NCBI GenBank assembly: GCA_049322795.1
Contig: JBMOQH010000024.1
Span: forward strand, 157,846-221,845
Direction of reading: 5' to 3'
Length of the DNA: 64,000 nucleotides
Source: Pseudomonadota bacterium
Lineage (GTDB): Bacteria; Pseudomonadota; Gammaproteobacteria; Immundisolibacterales; Immundisolibacteraceae
Part shown: positions 30,268-40,792 of the stretch, one piece after another
Position numbering within the stretch: the first letter of the stretch is position 1
Layout of the letters: each line of letters starts with the position of its first letter
Notes under the pieces: model-generated
What the model was told of the DNA's origin: nothing
Databases searched by the model: none
Seen by the model: only the letters and a program-made list of their open reading frames with translations
Made by a program: the position numbers and the translations under genes

Positions 30268-32176
30268 CATCCACACGCCCGCCGACCTGCGCGCGCTGCC
30301 CGCCAGCGCACTGCCGGAAGTGGCCGCCGCGCTGCGCGCGGACATCGTGAACCAGGTGGCGCGCAGCGGCGGGCATCTGGCCTCGAGCCTCGGCGCCGTC
30401 GACCTGCTGACGGCCCTGCACTACGTGTTCGACACGCCGCGCGACCGGCTGGTGCTGGACGTCGGCCACCAGGGCTACGCGCACAAGCTGCTGACCGGCC
30501 GGCGGGGGGATTTCGCGCGCATCGGCAAGGAAGGCGGCCCCGCCAAGTTCCTGCGCCGCGCTGAGTCGCCCTACGATGACTTCGGCGCCGGGCACGCCGG
30601 CACGTCCATCTCGGCCGCGCTCGGCATGGCGCGGGGCCTTGAAAAAGCCGGCGAGGACGCCTTCGCCGTGGCGCTGATCGGCGACGGCGCGCTCACCGCC
30701 GGCATGGCGCTCGAGGCCCTGAACCACGCCGGCCACCTCGAGCAGCCGAACCTGCTGGTGGTGCTGAACGACAACGAGATGTCGATCGAGCCGAACGTCG
30801 GCGCGCTCGGCGCGTTCCTGTCGCGCCGGCTGTCGGCGCCGTCGGCGCGGCGCCTGCGCCGGCTGGCCAAGGACGTGCTCGCGCCGCTGCCGCAGCCGCT
30901 GTTGCAGCTTGCGCGCCGCGCCGAGCGCTCGGCCAGGGCGCTGCTGACGCCGGGCACGCTGTTCGAGGCGTTCGGTTTCCGCTACATCGGCCCGGTGTCC
31001 GGCCACGACCTGCCGTCGCTGCTGGAGACCCTGAACAACGCCCGCGCCATGATGGCCGGCGGCGAGGGGCCGGTGCTGGTGCACGCCATCACGCGCAAGG
31101 GCGCCGGCTACGCGCCGGCCGAGCAGAACCCGCTCAAGTACCACGGCGTGACGGCCTTCGACGCGGTGACGGGCGACATCCCCAAGTCCACCGCGACGGT
31201 GCCGTCGTACACCTCGGTGTTCGCCGACGCCGCCGTGCAGCTCGCCAAGGCCGATCCGCGCATCGTCGCCATCACCGCCGCGATGGCCGGCGGCACCGGG
31301 CTCGACCGCTTCGCCGCGGCGCTGCCGGAGCGCTTTCACGACGTCGGCATCGCCGAGCAGCACGCCGTGACCTTTGCCGCCGGGCTCGCCACCACGGGCC
31401 TGAAACCGCTGGCGGCCATTTATTCCACCTTCCTGCAGCGCGGCTTCGATCAGGTGGTGCACGACGTGTGCCTGCAGAACCTCGACGTCACCTTCGCGCT
31501 GGACCGCGCCGGGCTGGTCGGCGCCGATGGCGCCACGCACCAGGGCCTGTACGACATCGCCTACCTGCGCTGCCTGCCGAACATGGTCGTGATGGCGCCC
31601 AAGGACGAGAACGAGCTGCGGCACATGCTGCGCACGGCCATCGAGCACCCGGGCCCGGCGGCGCTGCGCTACCCGCGCGGCAACGGCCTCGGCGTGGCGC
31701 TGGATGCCGACATCCACGCGCTCGACATCGGCCGCGGCGAGCGGCTGCGGGACGGCAGTGATCTCGCCATCGTGGCGCTCGGCAGCCGCGTGGCGCCGGC
31801 GCTCGACGCCGCCCGGCGGCTGGCCGAGGAGGGCATCGAGGCGGCGGTGTTCAACGCCCGCTTCGTGAAGCCACTCGACCTGCCGGCCATCGCTGAACTC
31901 GCCACACGCTGCGGTGCGCTGATCACGGTGGAGGAACACGCGCTCGCCGGCGGCTTCGGCAGCGCCGTGCTGGAGGCGCTGGCGGGGCAGGGCATCCACG
32001 TGCCGACGCGCTTGCTGGCCGTGCCGGACGTGCTGGTCGAGCACGGCGACCCGGCCGCGCAGCTGGCGCACTTCGGGCTCGACGCGGCCGGCATCGCCGC
32101 GGCGGGGCGCCAGCTGCTCGAAGTGGCCGGTCACACGCGGCGGGCGGCTGTCAACCACTTGCGGGGCGCCGCCTGA
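30245..32176 (+). CDS. dxs: 1-deoxy-D-xylulose-5-phosphate synthase
   Basis: GGHLASSLG, LDVGHQGYAHKLLTGR, GHAGTSIS, IGDGALTAG, NDNEMSI, GIAEQHAV, YSTFLQR, DGATHQG. Confidence 0.97.
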   Translation: MNDTLLDSIHTPADLRALPASALPEVAAALRADIVNQVARSGGHLASSLGAVDLLTALHYVFDTPRDRLVLDVGHQGYAHKLLTGRRGDFARIGKEGGPAKFLRRAESPYDDFGAGHAGTSISAALGMARGLEKAGEDAFAVALIGDGALTAGMALEALNHAGHLEQPNLLVVLNDNEMSIEPNVGALGAFLSRRLSAPSARRLRRLAKDVLAPLPQPLLQLARRAERSARALLTPGTLFEAFGFRYIGPVSGHDLPSLLETLNNARAMMAGGEGPVLVHAITRKGAGYAPAEQNPLKYHGVTAFDAVTGDIPKSTATVPSYTSVFADAAVQLAKADPRIVAITAAMAGGTGLDRFAAALPERFHDVGIAEQHAVTFAAGLATTGLKPLAAIYSTFLQRGFDQVVHDVCLQNLDVTFALDRAGLVGADGATHQGLYDIAYLRCLPNMVVMAPKDENELRHMLRTAIEHPGPAALRYPRGNGLGVALDADIHALDIGRGERLRDGSDLAIVALGSRVAPALDAARRLAEEGIEAAVFNARFVKPLDLPAIAELATRCGALITVEEHALAGGFGSAVLEALAGQGIHVPTRLLAVPDVLVEHGDPAAQLAHFGLDAAGIAAAGRQLLEVAGHTRRAAVNHLRGAA

Positions 32177-32250
32177 TCGGACATCGTTAACGGGCGTTTG
32201 GGCCAAGGCAGGTGCCAGCCCGCGCGGCTGCGTTCACGGAGGAGCGAGGC

Positions 32251-33561
32251 ATGAAAATCGACGACCTGGGACATCCCGGGCACCTGGTTGACCCGCAGAC
32301 CGGACTGGTCAGCCGCCGGATATTCACCGACCCCGACATCCACCGGCTGGAACTGACGCGCATCTTCGCGCGCAGCTGGCTGTTCGTCGGCCACGACAGC
32401 GAGTTGCCCAAGGCGGGCGATTACGTCACCCGCGTGATGGGCGACGACCCGGTGATCCTGACGCGCGGCCGGGACGGCACGCTGCGCGTGTTCCTGAACG
32501 CCTGCCCGCACCGCGGCGCCCTGCTGTGCCGTGCCGACGGCGGCAACGCCATGGGTTACGTGTGCCCCTACCACGGCTGGAGCTTCGACAACACCGGCCG
32601 TCTCACCGCGATGGCCGATGCGCCGGAGGCGTACAAGGGCCGCGTGGACCTTTCCACCTTCGATCTGGTGCAGGCGCGCGTCGGCACACACGCGGGGCTG
32701 ATCTTCGCCACCTTCGACCCGCAGGCGCCGAGTCTGGACGAGTACCTCGGCGACGCGCGCTGGTACATCGACATGCTGTTCGCGCGCACGCCGGGGGGCG
32801 CCCAGGCGCTGGGTGCGCCGATCCGCTGGGTGGCGCACAAGAACTGGAAGTACGGCGCCGTCAACTTCGCCGCCGACGGCCCGCACGCGCTGAAGACGCA
32901 CGGCCCGATCACGCGAAGGATCGCCGCCGGTCTGCCGCTGGAAGTGCTGCGTGACCTCGCCATCGCCGGCCCTGCCGTGCGCGCCGGCAACGGTCACGGC
33001 TGCATTTTTGTCGACCTGCCGCCCGGCATGCCGCCGTGGATCGGGTTCCACCCGGGCATGGTCGAGCTGTACCAGAAGACCCTGCAGCCGGGTCAGCTGA
33101 AGCTCAAGGAGAACCTGTTCAACAAGGTGATGACCATCTTCCCCAACCTGTCCTGGGTGCACTTTCCGATCAGCTTTGCCCCCGACCAGCCGCCGGTGAA
33201 TTTCTTCAACGTGCGCGTCTGGCAGCCGACCGGCCCGGACCGCACCGAGATCTGGAACTGGTTCTTTGCCGACCGCGAGGCGCCGGACGAGTACAAGCAG
33301 GCCAGCCTGAAGGCCGGCATCCGCACCTTCACCGCCGCCGGCACGTTCGATCAGGACGACGCCGAGGCCTGGGCGGCCATCGATGCCGGCAGCCGCGGCA
33401 CGGTCGGCCGCGAGCGCATGAGCAGTTTCCAGATGATCCTGGCGTCGGAGGACGAACGCATTGCCGACTTCCCCGGCCCGGGCGAGGCCTACCGCTCGAC
33501 CTACTCGGAAATGTCCGAGTTCGGGCTGTTGCTGCGCTGGCGCGAACTGATGGCGGGCTGA
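32251..33561 (+). CDS. Rieske ring-hydroxylating oxygenase alpha subunit (paralog 2)
   Basis: CPHRG, CPYHGW, DGPHALKTH, FDQDDAEAW; GGAGG RBS. Confidence 0.95.
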   Translation: MKIDDLGHPGHLVDPQTGLVSRRIFTDPDIHRLELTRIFARSWLFVGHDSELPKAGDYVTRVMGDDPVILTRGRDGTLRVFLNACPHRGALLCRADGGNAMGYVCPYHGWSFDNTGRLTAMADAPEAYKGRVDLSTFDLVQARVGTHAGLIFATFDPQAPSLDEYLGDARWYIDMLFARTPGGAQALGAPIRWVAHKNWKYGAVNFAADGPHALKTHGPITRRIAAGLPLEVLRDLAIAGPAVRAGNGHGCIFVDLPPGMPPWIGFHPGMVELYQKTLQPGQLKLKENLFNKVMTIFPNLSWVHFPISFAPDQPPVNFFNVRVWQPTGPDRTEIWNWFFADREAPDEYKQASLKAGIRTFTAAGTFDQDDAEAWAAIDAGSRGTVGRERMSSFQMILASEDERIADFPGPGEAYRSTYSEMSEFGLLLRWRELMAG

Positions 33562-33565
33562 GGAC

Positions 33566-34084
33566 ATGGACACGCACGCTCAAGTCGACGACGCCACCTA
33601 CCGGCGCATCCTGAACTTCCTGTACGACGAGGCCGAACTGTTCGACCAGCACGCCTATGGCCGCTGGCTGGAGCGCGTCACGCCGGACATCCGCTACCGC
33701 ATGCCGGGACGCGGCTTTCACGAGGGGCAGGCACCGGCGGCGGCGTTCCAGAACGGCTACTTCGACGACGACTACGCCACCCTGGCGACGCGCATCGAGT
33801 TGTGGTCGCGGCCGGCCACCACGACGGCGGAGAGCCCGCCGACCGTCACCCGCCACTTCGTGACCAACATCCGCGCCTACGACGGCGAGCAGCCGGGCAG
33901 CTACCGGGTCACCAGCCACGTGCTGGTGTTCCGCGTGCGGCCCACGCAGAGCACGCCGTATTTCTTCTCCGGCCGGCGCGACGACCGGCTGCGCGAGGAG
34001 GGCGGGGTGCTGCGCCTGGCGGCGCGCGACATCCAGATGGACGAAGTGGTGCTGCAGAGCCCGAATCTGAGTTTTCTGGTGTGA
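33566..34084 (+). CDS. Ring-hydroxylating dioxygenase beta subunit (paralog 2)
   Basis: FLYDEAELFD, YFDDDY, RHFVTNIRA, RRDDRLR..LRLAARDI. Confidence 0.92.
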   Translation: MDTHAQVDDATYRRILNFLYDEAELFDQHAYGRWLERVTPDIRYRMPGRGFHEGQAPAAAFQNGYFDDDYATLATRIELWSRPATTTAESPPTVTRHFVTNIRAYDGEQPGSYRVTSHVLVFRVRPTQSTPYFFSGRRDDRLREEGGVLRLAARDIQMDEVVLQSPNLSFLV

Positions 34085-34092
34085 CGGGATGA

Positions 34093-34119
34093 AGAAAAAG
34101 GGCTTCCTGCCCTTTTTCT
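34093..34119. terminator. Probable bidirectional intrinsic terminator
   Basis: AGAAAAAGGGC-TTCCT-GCCCTTTTTCT, 11-bp stem with A/T tracts. Confidence 0.75.
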
Positions 34120-34150
34120 GATCGGCGCATCGCGGTCGTGCCCGCGCTGG

Positions 34151-34209
34151 CCTCCGCCGATCAAGCGCTCGGGCGCGCTTGATCGGCGCGCAAGCCATCC
34201 ATGGCTTGC
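34151..34209. repeat. Dispersed palindromic repeat (second family), copy 2, inverted
   Basis: CCGATCAAGCGC..GCGCTTGATCGG then AAGCCATCCATGGCTTGC (reverse complement of 3280-3297). Confidence 0.7.
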
Positions 34210-34240
34210 CAAGCAGGTCCCCCCGGGGGTGCGGGCGGCG

Positions 34241-34891
34241 TCAGTCGTTCAGTTTGGGGTCGCCGGCCCAGGTGCCGAGCGCCCGCTGCAGGGCGTAGTC
34301 GTCCTTGGGGTCCGTGAACACGGCGTACAAGCGCGCTCGGGGGTCGAGCACGTACAGGGTTTCCGAGTGCGTGACGGTATAGGCGGGCGTGCCATGCGCG
34401 GCGTGTTCGCCGTGCCCTGCATGGTCCGTGTGCTCCTGCGCCGTGTAGGCGTAGGCGACGCCCAGCTCCTTCAGCAGCGGCGCGAGCTCACCGAGCGGGG
34501 CCGTGGCACCGACGAAATCCTGTCCAAACTGGCCGATGTATTCGGCGAGCCGCTGCGGCGTGTCGCGCATCGGGTCCACCGACACCAGCATGAAGCGCAC
34601 CCGCTGGCGCAGGTGTTCCGGCAGGCGGCGCTGCACGCCGGCGAGGCGCGCCAGCGTGGTGGGGCACACGTCCGGGCAGTGGGTGAAGCCGAAGAACAGC
34701 ACCGTCCAGCGCCCGGCCAGGGTGTCCGCGGTCAACGTGGCGCCGTGCTGGTCGACGAGCGCGAGGTGTTCGACCGGGCGCGGCGGGTCCAGCACGGTGT
34801 CGGCGACGGCCAGCGGCGCAAGCAGCGCCAACAGAAAGGCCGCCAGCCGTGGGCGATATACTCCGCCTGCGCAAAACCTGCGCCAGCGCAT
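34241..34891 (-). CDS. SCO1/SenC copper chaperone
   Basis: LVDQHG, FFGFTHCPDVCP, VSVDPMRDTP, YTVTHS; start uncertain. Confidence 0.9.
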   Translation of the reverse strand: MRWRRFCAGGVYRPRLAAFLLALLAPLAVADTVLDPPRPVEHLALVDQHGATLTADTLAGRWTVLFFGFTHCPDVCPTTLARLAGVQRRLPEHLRQRVRFMLVSVDPMRDTPQRLAEYIGQFGQDFVGATAPLGELAPLLKELGVAYAYTAQEHTDHAGHGEHAAHGTPAYTVTHSETLYVLDPRARLYAVFTDPKDDYALQRALGTWAGDPKLND

Positions 34892-34895
34892 CGTC

Positions 34896-36103
34896 ATGAC
34901 CTTGAAAACCCTCACGTTTCACCGCCCCGGCGACGGCGCGGCGGCGCAGTTTAGCAGCGCCCCGCCGCTGTCCCTGTACGTGCACCTGCCGTGGTGCGTG
35001 CGCAAGTGCCCGTACTGCGACTTCAACTCCCACGCATGGGCCGGCGCCCTGCCGCAGGACGCCTACATCGACGCCCTGCTGCGCGATCTGGAAGCCGACC
35101 TGCCGCTGGTCTGGGGCCGGCCGGTGCTCGGCGCGTTCATCGGCGGCGGCACGCCGAGCCTGTTCGAGCCGGCCGCCATCGATCGCCTGCTGTCGGAACT
35201 GCGCGCCCGCCTGCCGCTGCTGGCCGCGGCCGAGATCACGCTGGAGGCGAACCCCGGCACGCTGGACACGGCGCGGCTGGAAGGCTTCGCCAAGGCCGGC
35301 GTGAACCGGCTCTCGCTCGGCGTGCAGAGCTTCGACGACGCCGCCCTCAAGGCGCTCGGCCGCATCCACGACGCCGCCGCGGCACGCCGGGCGGTGGAGG
35401 TGGCGCTTTGCAGCGGCTTCGAGCGCGTGAACGTCGATCTGATGTACGGCCTGCCGGGCCAGGACGTGCAGCAGGCGCTGGCCGACCTCGACGCCGCGCT
35501 GGCCTTCGATCCGGGCCACGTGTCCTGGTACCAGCTCACGGTCGAGCCGAACACGGTGTTCCACAGCCAGCCGCCGGTGCTGCCGGGGCCGGATGGGCTG
35601 GCGGACATCGAAGCGGCGGGCCTTGCCGTGCTGGCCGGCGCGGGCTACCGCCGTTACGAGGTGTCGGCTCACGCCCGGCCGGGGCAGGAATGCCGTCACA
35701 ACGTCAATTATTGGCAGTTCGGCGATTACCTCGGCATCGGTGCCGGCGCGCACGGCAAGCTGACGCAGGCCGACGGCATCCTGCGCCTGGCCAAGTACCG
35801 CCAGCCGGCGGCCTACCTGCGCCATGCCGCGGAAGGCGACGCCGTGGCCGAGCGGCGCTGGGTGGCGCCGACGGAGCGGGCGTTCGAGTTTTTGCTGAAC
35901 GCCCTGCGCCTCACGGACGGCTTCACCTGGCAACAGTTTGCCGAGCGCACGGGTCTGTCGCCGATGGGCATCCGCCCGCGTCTGGCGACGGCCGCCGGGC
36001 AGGGCCTGATCAGCCTCGATGCCCACGGCGCCCGCGCCACGGCGCGCGGCTTCGAACTGCTGGACGGCGTGCTCGAACAGTTTTTGCCCGAGTCGACGCC
36101 GGC

Positions 36104-36107
<4 letters not shown>
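34896..36107 (+). CDS. hemW: Radical SAM heme chaperone HemW (HemN-like)
   Basis: PPLSLYVHLPWCVRKCPYCDFNS, FIGGGTPS, ITLEANP, NRLSLGVQSF, YLGIGAGAHGK; start uncertain. Confidence 0.92.
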
Positions 36108-38007
<1,900 letters not shown>

Positions 38008-38011
<4 letters not shown>

Positions 38012-38679
38012 ACCTGCTGGCGCTCGAAACCGCCACCGACTGCTGCTCGGTGGCCCTGCTGGTGGGCGACGAGCTGATCGAGGACCACCGCCTGGCGCCG
38101 CGGCAGCACGCGGCGCTGATCCTGCCGATGATCGACGGCCTGCTGGCGCAGGGCGGCATCGACCGCCGCGCGCTCGACGCCATCGCCTTCGGGCGTGGGC
38201 CGGGCGCGTTCACGGGTCTGCGCATCGCGGCCGGGGTGGCGCAGGGCCTGGCGCTCGGCTTGGATCGGCCGGTGGTCCCCGTCTCGACGCTCGCCGCGCT
38301 GGCGCAGGCATATGGCGCCGACCGCACGCTGGTGGCGCTCGATGCGCGTCTGGGGGAGGTGTATTACGGCTACTACACGCGCGGCGCGGATTATCTCGTG
38401 ACGGCCGACGCGGACGACGCGCTGGCGCCGCCGGATGCGATCGCGCTGCCGGCGGACGAGGCCTGGCGCGGTGCCGGGCTCGGGCCCGGCTGGGCGGCGC
38501 ACGGCGACGCGCTCGCCTTGCGTCTCGGGCCGTGCATCACGCGGGTGGATCCGGACGCACAGCCGCGGGCCGGCGGTCTGGCGCGGCTCGCGGTGGCGGC
38601 GTTCAGGCGCGGCGAGGCCGTGCCGGCGGACCAGGCGCTACCCACGTACCTGCGAGACCGCGTCACCCACGGCGGGTGA
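38008..38679 (+). CDS. tsaB: tRNA threonylcarbamoyladenosine biosynthesis protein TsaB
   Basis: LLALETAT, H...ILPMI, IAFGRGPGAFTGLRI, LDARLGEVY, P.YLR. Confidence 0.95.
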
Positions 38680-38688
38680 TGGGGGCGC

Positions 38689-39645
38689 TCAGCGCAGGTC
38701 GGCGGGCAGGCGGCCGCGGTCCGGCCGGGCGAGCTCGGGCGGCAGGCGAAAGATGGTTTCCTCGGCCACGCCGGTCTGCGTGCGCACGGCAGTCAGGCCC
38801 CAGTCGCGCAGGCGTTCGAGCACGCCGTCGACCAGCCGCTGCGGCGTGGAGGCACCGGCGCTGATGCCGACGCGGCTGTGCGGCGTGAACCAGGCGCGGT
38901 CGAGGCCATCCGCGTCGTCGACGAGAAAGGACGCGATGCCGGCGCGCGTGCCGACCTCGCGCAGGCGGTTCGAGTTCGAGCTGTTGCGGGCCCCCACCAC
39001 CAGCAGCACGTCGACGTCGGGCAGCAGCGCCTTGACGGCGTTCTGGCGGTTCTGCGTGGCGTAGCAGATGTCGTTGGTGTCCGGGCCTCGGGCCGCCGGG
39101 AAGCGGGCCTTGAGCGCTTCGATCACGTCGCGCGTGTCGTCGAGCGACAGGGTGGTCTGCGTCACGTAGGCGACGCGGGCGGGATCGGCGACCTCGAGCG
39201 CGGCGACTTCGTGCGGCTCGCCGACCACGTGCACGCGCCCCCGCACGCTGCCGCGCGTGCCCTCGACCTCCGGATGCCCGGCGTGGCCGACGATCACCAG
39301 GTCGTAATCCTGCGCCGCGTAGCGCTGCGCCTGGCCGTGCACCTTGCTGACCAGCGGGCAGGTGGCGTCGATGCTTTTCAGGCCCCGCGCGGCGGCGGCC
39401 TCGACCACGCTGTCGGCCACGCCGTGGGCGCTGAAGATGGCGCGCGCGCTGGGCGGAATCTCGTCCACGGTCTCCACGAACACCGCGCCGCGGGCGCGCA
39501 GGCCGTCCACCACGTGCTTGTTGTGGACGATCTCGTGCAGCACGTAGACGGGCGGGCCGTAGAGCTCGAGGGCGCGCTCGACGATGTCGATGGCGCGCAC
39601 CACGCCGGCGCAAAAGCCACGGGGTTCGGCAAGGATGGCGTGCAT
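38689..39645 (-). CDS. ispH: 4-hydroxy-3-methylbut-2-enyl diphosphate reductase
   Basis: PRGFCAGVVRAI, HEIVHN, FSAHGV, DATCPLVSKVH, GHPEVEG, TQTTLS, ICYATQNRQ, NSSNSNRL. Confidence 0.97.
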   Translation of the reverse strand: MHAILAEPRGFCAGVVRAIDIVERALELYGPPVYVLHEIVHNKHVVDGLRARGAVFVETVDEIPPSARAIFSAHGVADSVVEAAAARGLKSIDATCPLVSKVHGQAQRYAAQDYDLVIVGHAGHPEVEGTRGSVRGRVHVVGEPHEVAALEVADPARVAYVTQTTLSLDDTRDVIEALKARFPAARGPDTNDICYATQNRQNAVKALLPDVDVLLVVGARNSSNSNRLREVGTRAGIASFLVDDADGLDRAWFTPHSRVGISAGASTPQRLVDGVLERLRDWGLTAVRTQTGVAEETIFRLPPELARPDRGRLPADLR

Positions 39646-39734
39646 GGGCAAAAGCGGTGAGGGGAGTGGCGTTTACCATACCGCAGCCCGGGCCCAGCGC
39701 GCGGCCATCCGTCAGTCGAAGTCAGGGAGCCCGC

Positions 39735-40688
39735 GTGGTCAGTCTTGCCCCGGTGTTGCAACAGGCGCTGCTGCCGGTCGGCAGCATCATGGGCGTGGGG
39801 TACCTGTGGCGGCGCCTGCGCCCCGGCGGGGTCGACGCGCCGACCGCGCGGCGCGTCATCGGCGCGCTGGTGATGTACGTGTTCTATCCGGCGCTGGCGT
39901 TTCACACCGTGGTGCGGGCGGACGTCAATGCCGAGCTGATCCTGGCGCCGCTGCTGACCATGTTTGCCATCGTGCTCGGCATGGCGCTGGCGTTCGGCCT
40001 GTTCCGGCGGCGTTTTTTCGCCCTGAGCGGCCCGGCGCAGCTCGGCGCGCTGGTCATCGGCTGCGGGCTGCCGAACATCATCTCGCTCGGCATTCCGGTG
40101 GTGCAGGCGCTGTTCGGGCCGGGCGGCGCGCGTTACGCCATCTATGCCGACATCCTCGGCATCAATCCGCTGTTCTGGTCGCTGGCGCTGTGGGTGGCGG
40201 TGCGCTGCGGCACGCACGGCGAGCAGCTGCAGACGCCGGGGCAGTTCCTGCGCGTGCTGATGCGGCTGCCGCCGATCTGGGCGTTTCTGATCGGCTTCAT
40301 GTTGAGCGTGCTGGCGGTACCGATCCCACCGTGGCTGGACAAGGCCACCAGCATGCTCGGCTACGCCACCATGCCGGCCATGCTGCTCACGGTGGGCATG
40401 TCGCTCACCTTCGGGCACTTTCTGCTGCACTGGCGGCCGATCGCCGGCGTGGCGCTCATCAAGCTGGTGGTGGTCCCGGTGGCCGTGTATGGCCTTGCAA
40501 TGGCGATCGCCGGGCCGGGTGAGCTGACCGTCGCCACCACGCTGCTGATGGGCATGCCGACCATGATGGCGGCGATGATCCTGAGCGAGCGTTTCGGCCT
40601 CGACACCGAGCTGCTGGCGGCGGTGATGGTCGGCTCGACGCTGCTGTACTTCGTCACCCTGCCGATCGGCATGGCGATTTTGCTTTGA
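39735..40688 (+). CDS. AEC (auxin efflux carrier)-family membrane transporter
   Basis: Multiple TM segments; VFYPALAF, NIISLGIPVV, LPPIWA, GMPT..AAMI...FG.D.ELLA. Confidence 0.82.
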   Translation: MVSLAPVLQQALLPVGSIMGVGYLWRRLRPGGVDAPTARRVIGALVMYVFYPALAFHTVVRADVNAELILAPLLTMFAIVLGMALAFGLFRRRFFALSGPAQLGALVIGCGLPNIISLGIPVVQALFGPGGARYAIYADILGINPLFWSLALWVAVRCGTHGEQLQTPGQFLRVLMRLPPIWAFLIGFMLSVLAVPIPPWLDKATSMLGYATMPAMLLTVGMSLTFGHFLLHWRPIAGVALIKLVVVPVAVYGLAMAIAGPGELTVATTLLMGMPTMMAAMILSERFGLDTELLAAVMVGSTLLYFVTLPIGMAILL

Positions 40689-40792
40689 CCGGCCGGGTTG
40701 CCAGCGGCCGTCAACATTCATTAAGGTTCGCGGCTACGTTGCAGTGCGGAAAACGCCTGCGCCTTCCAGAACCATCGACGGCGGGCCGACAC

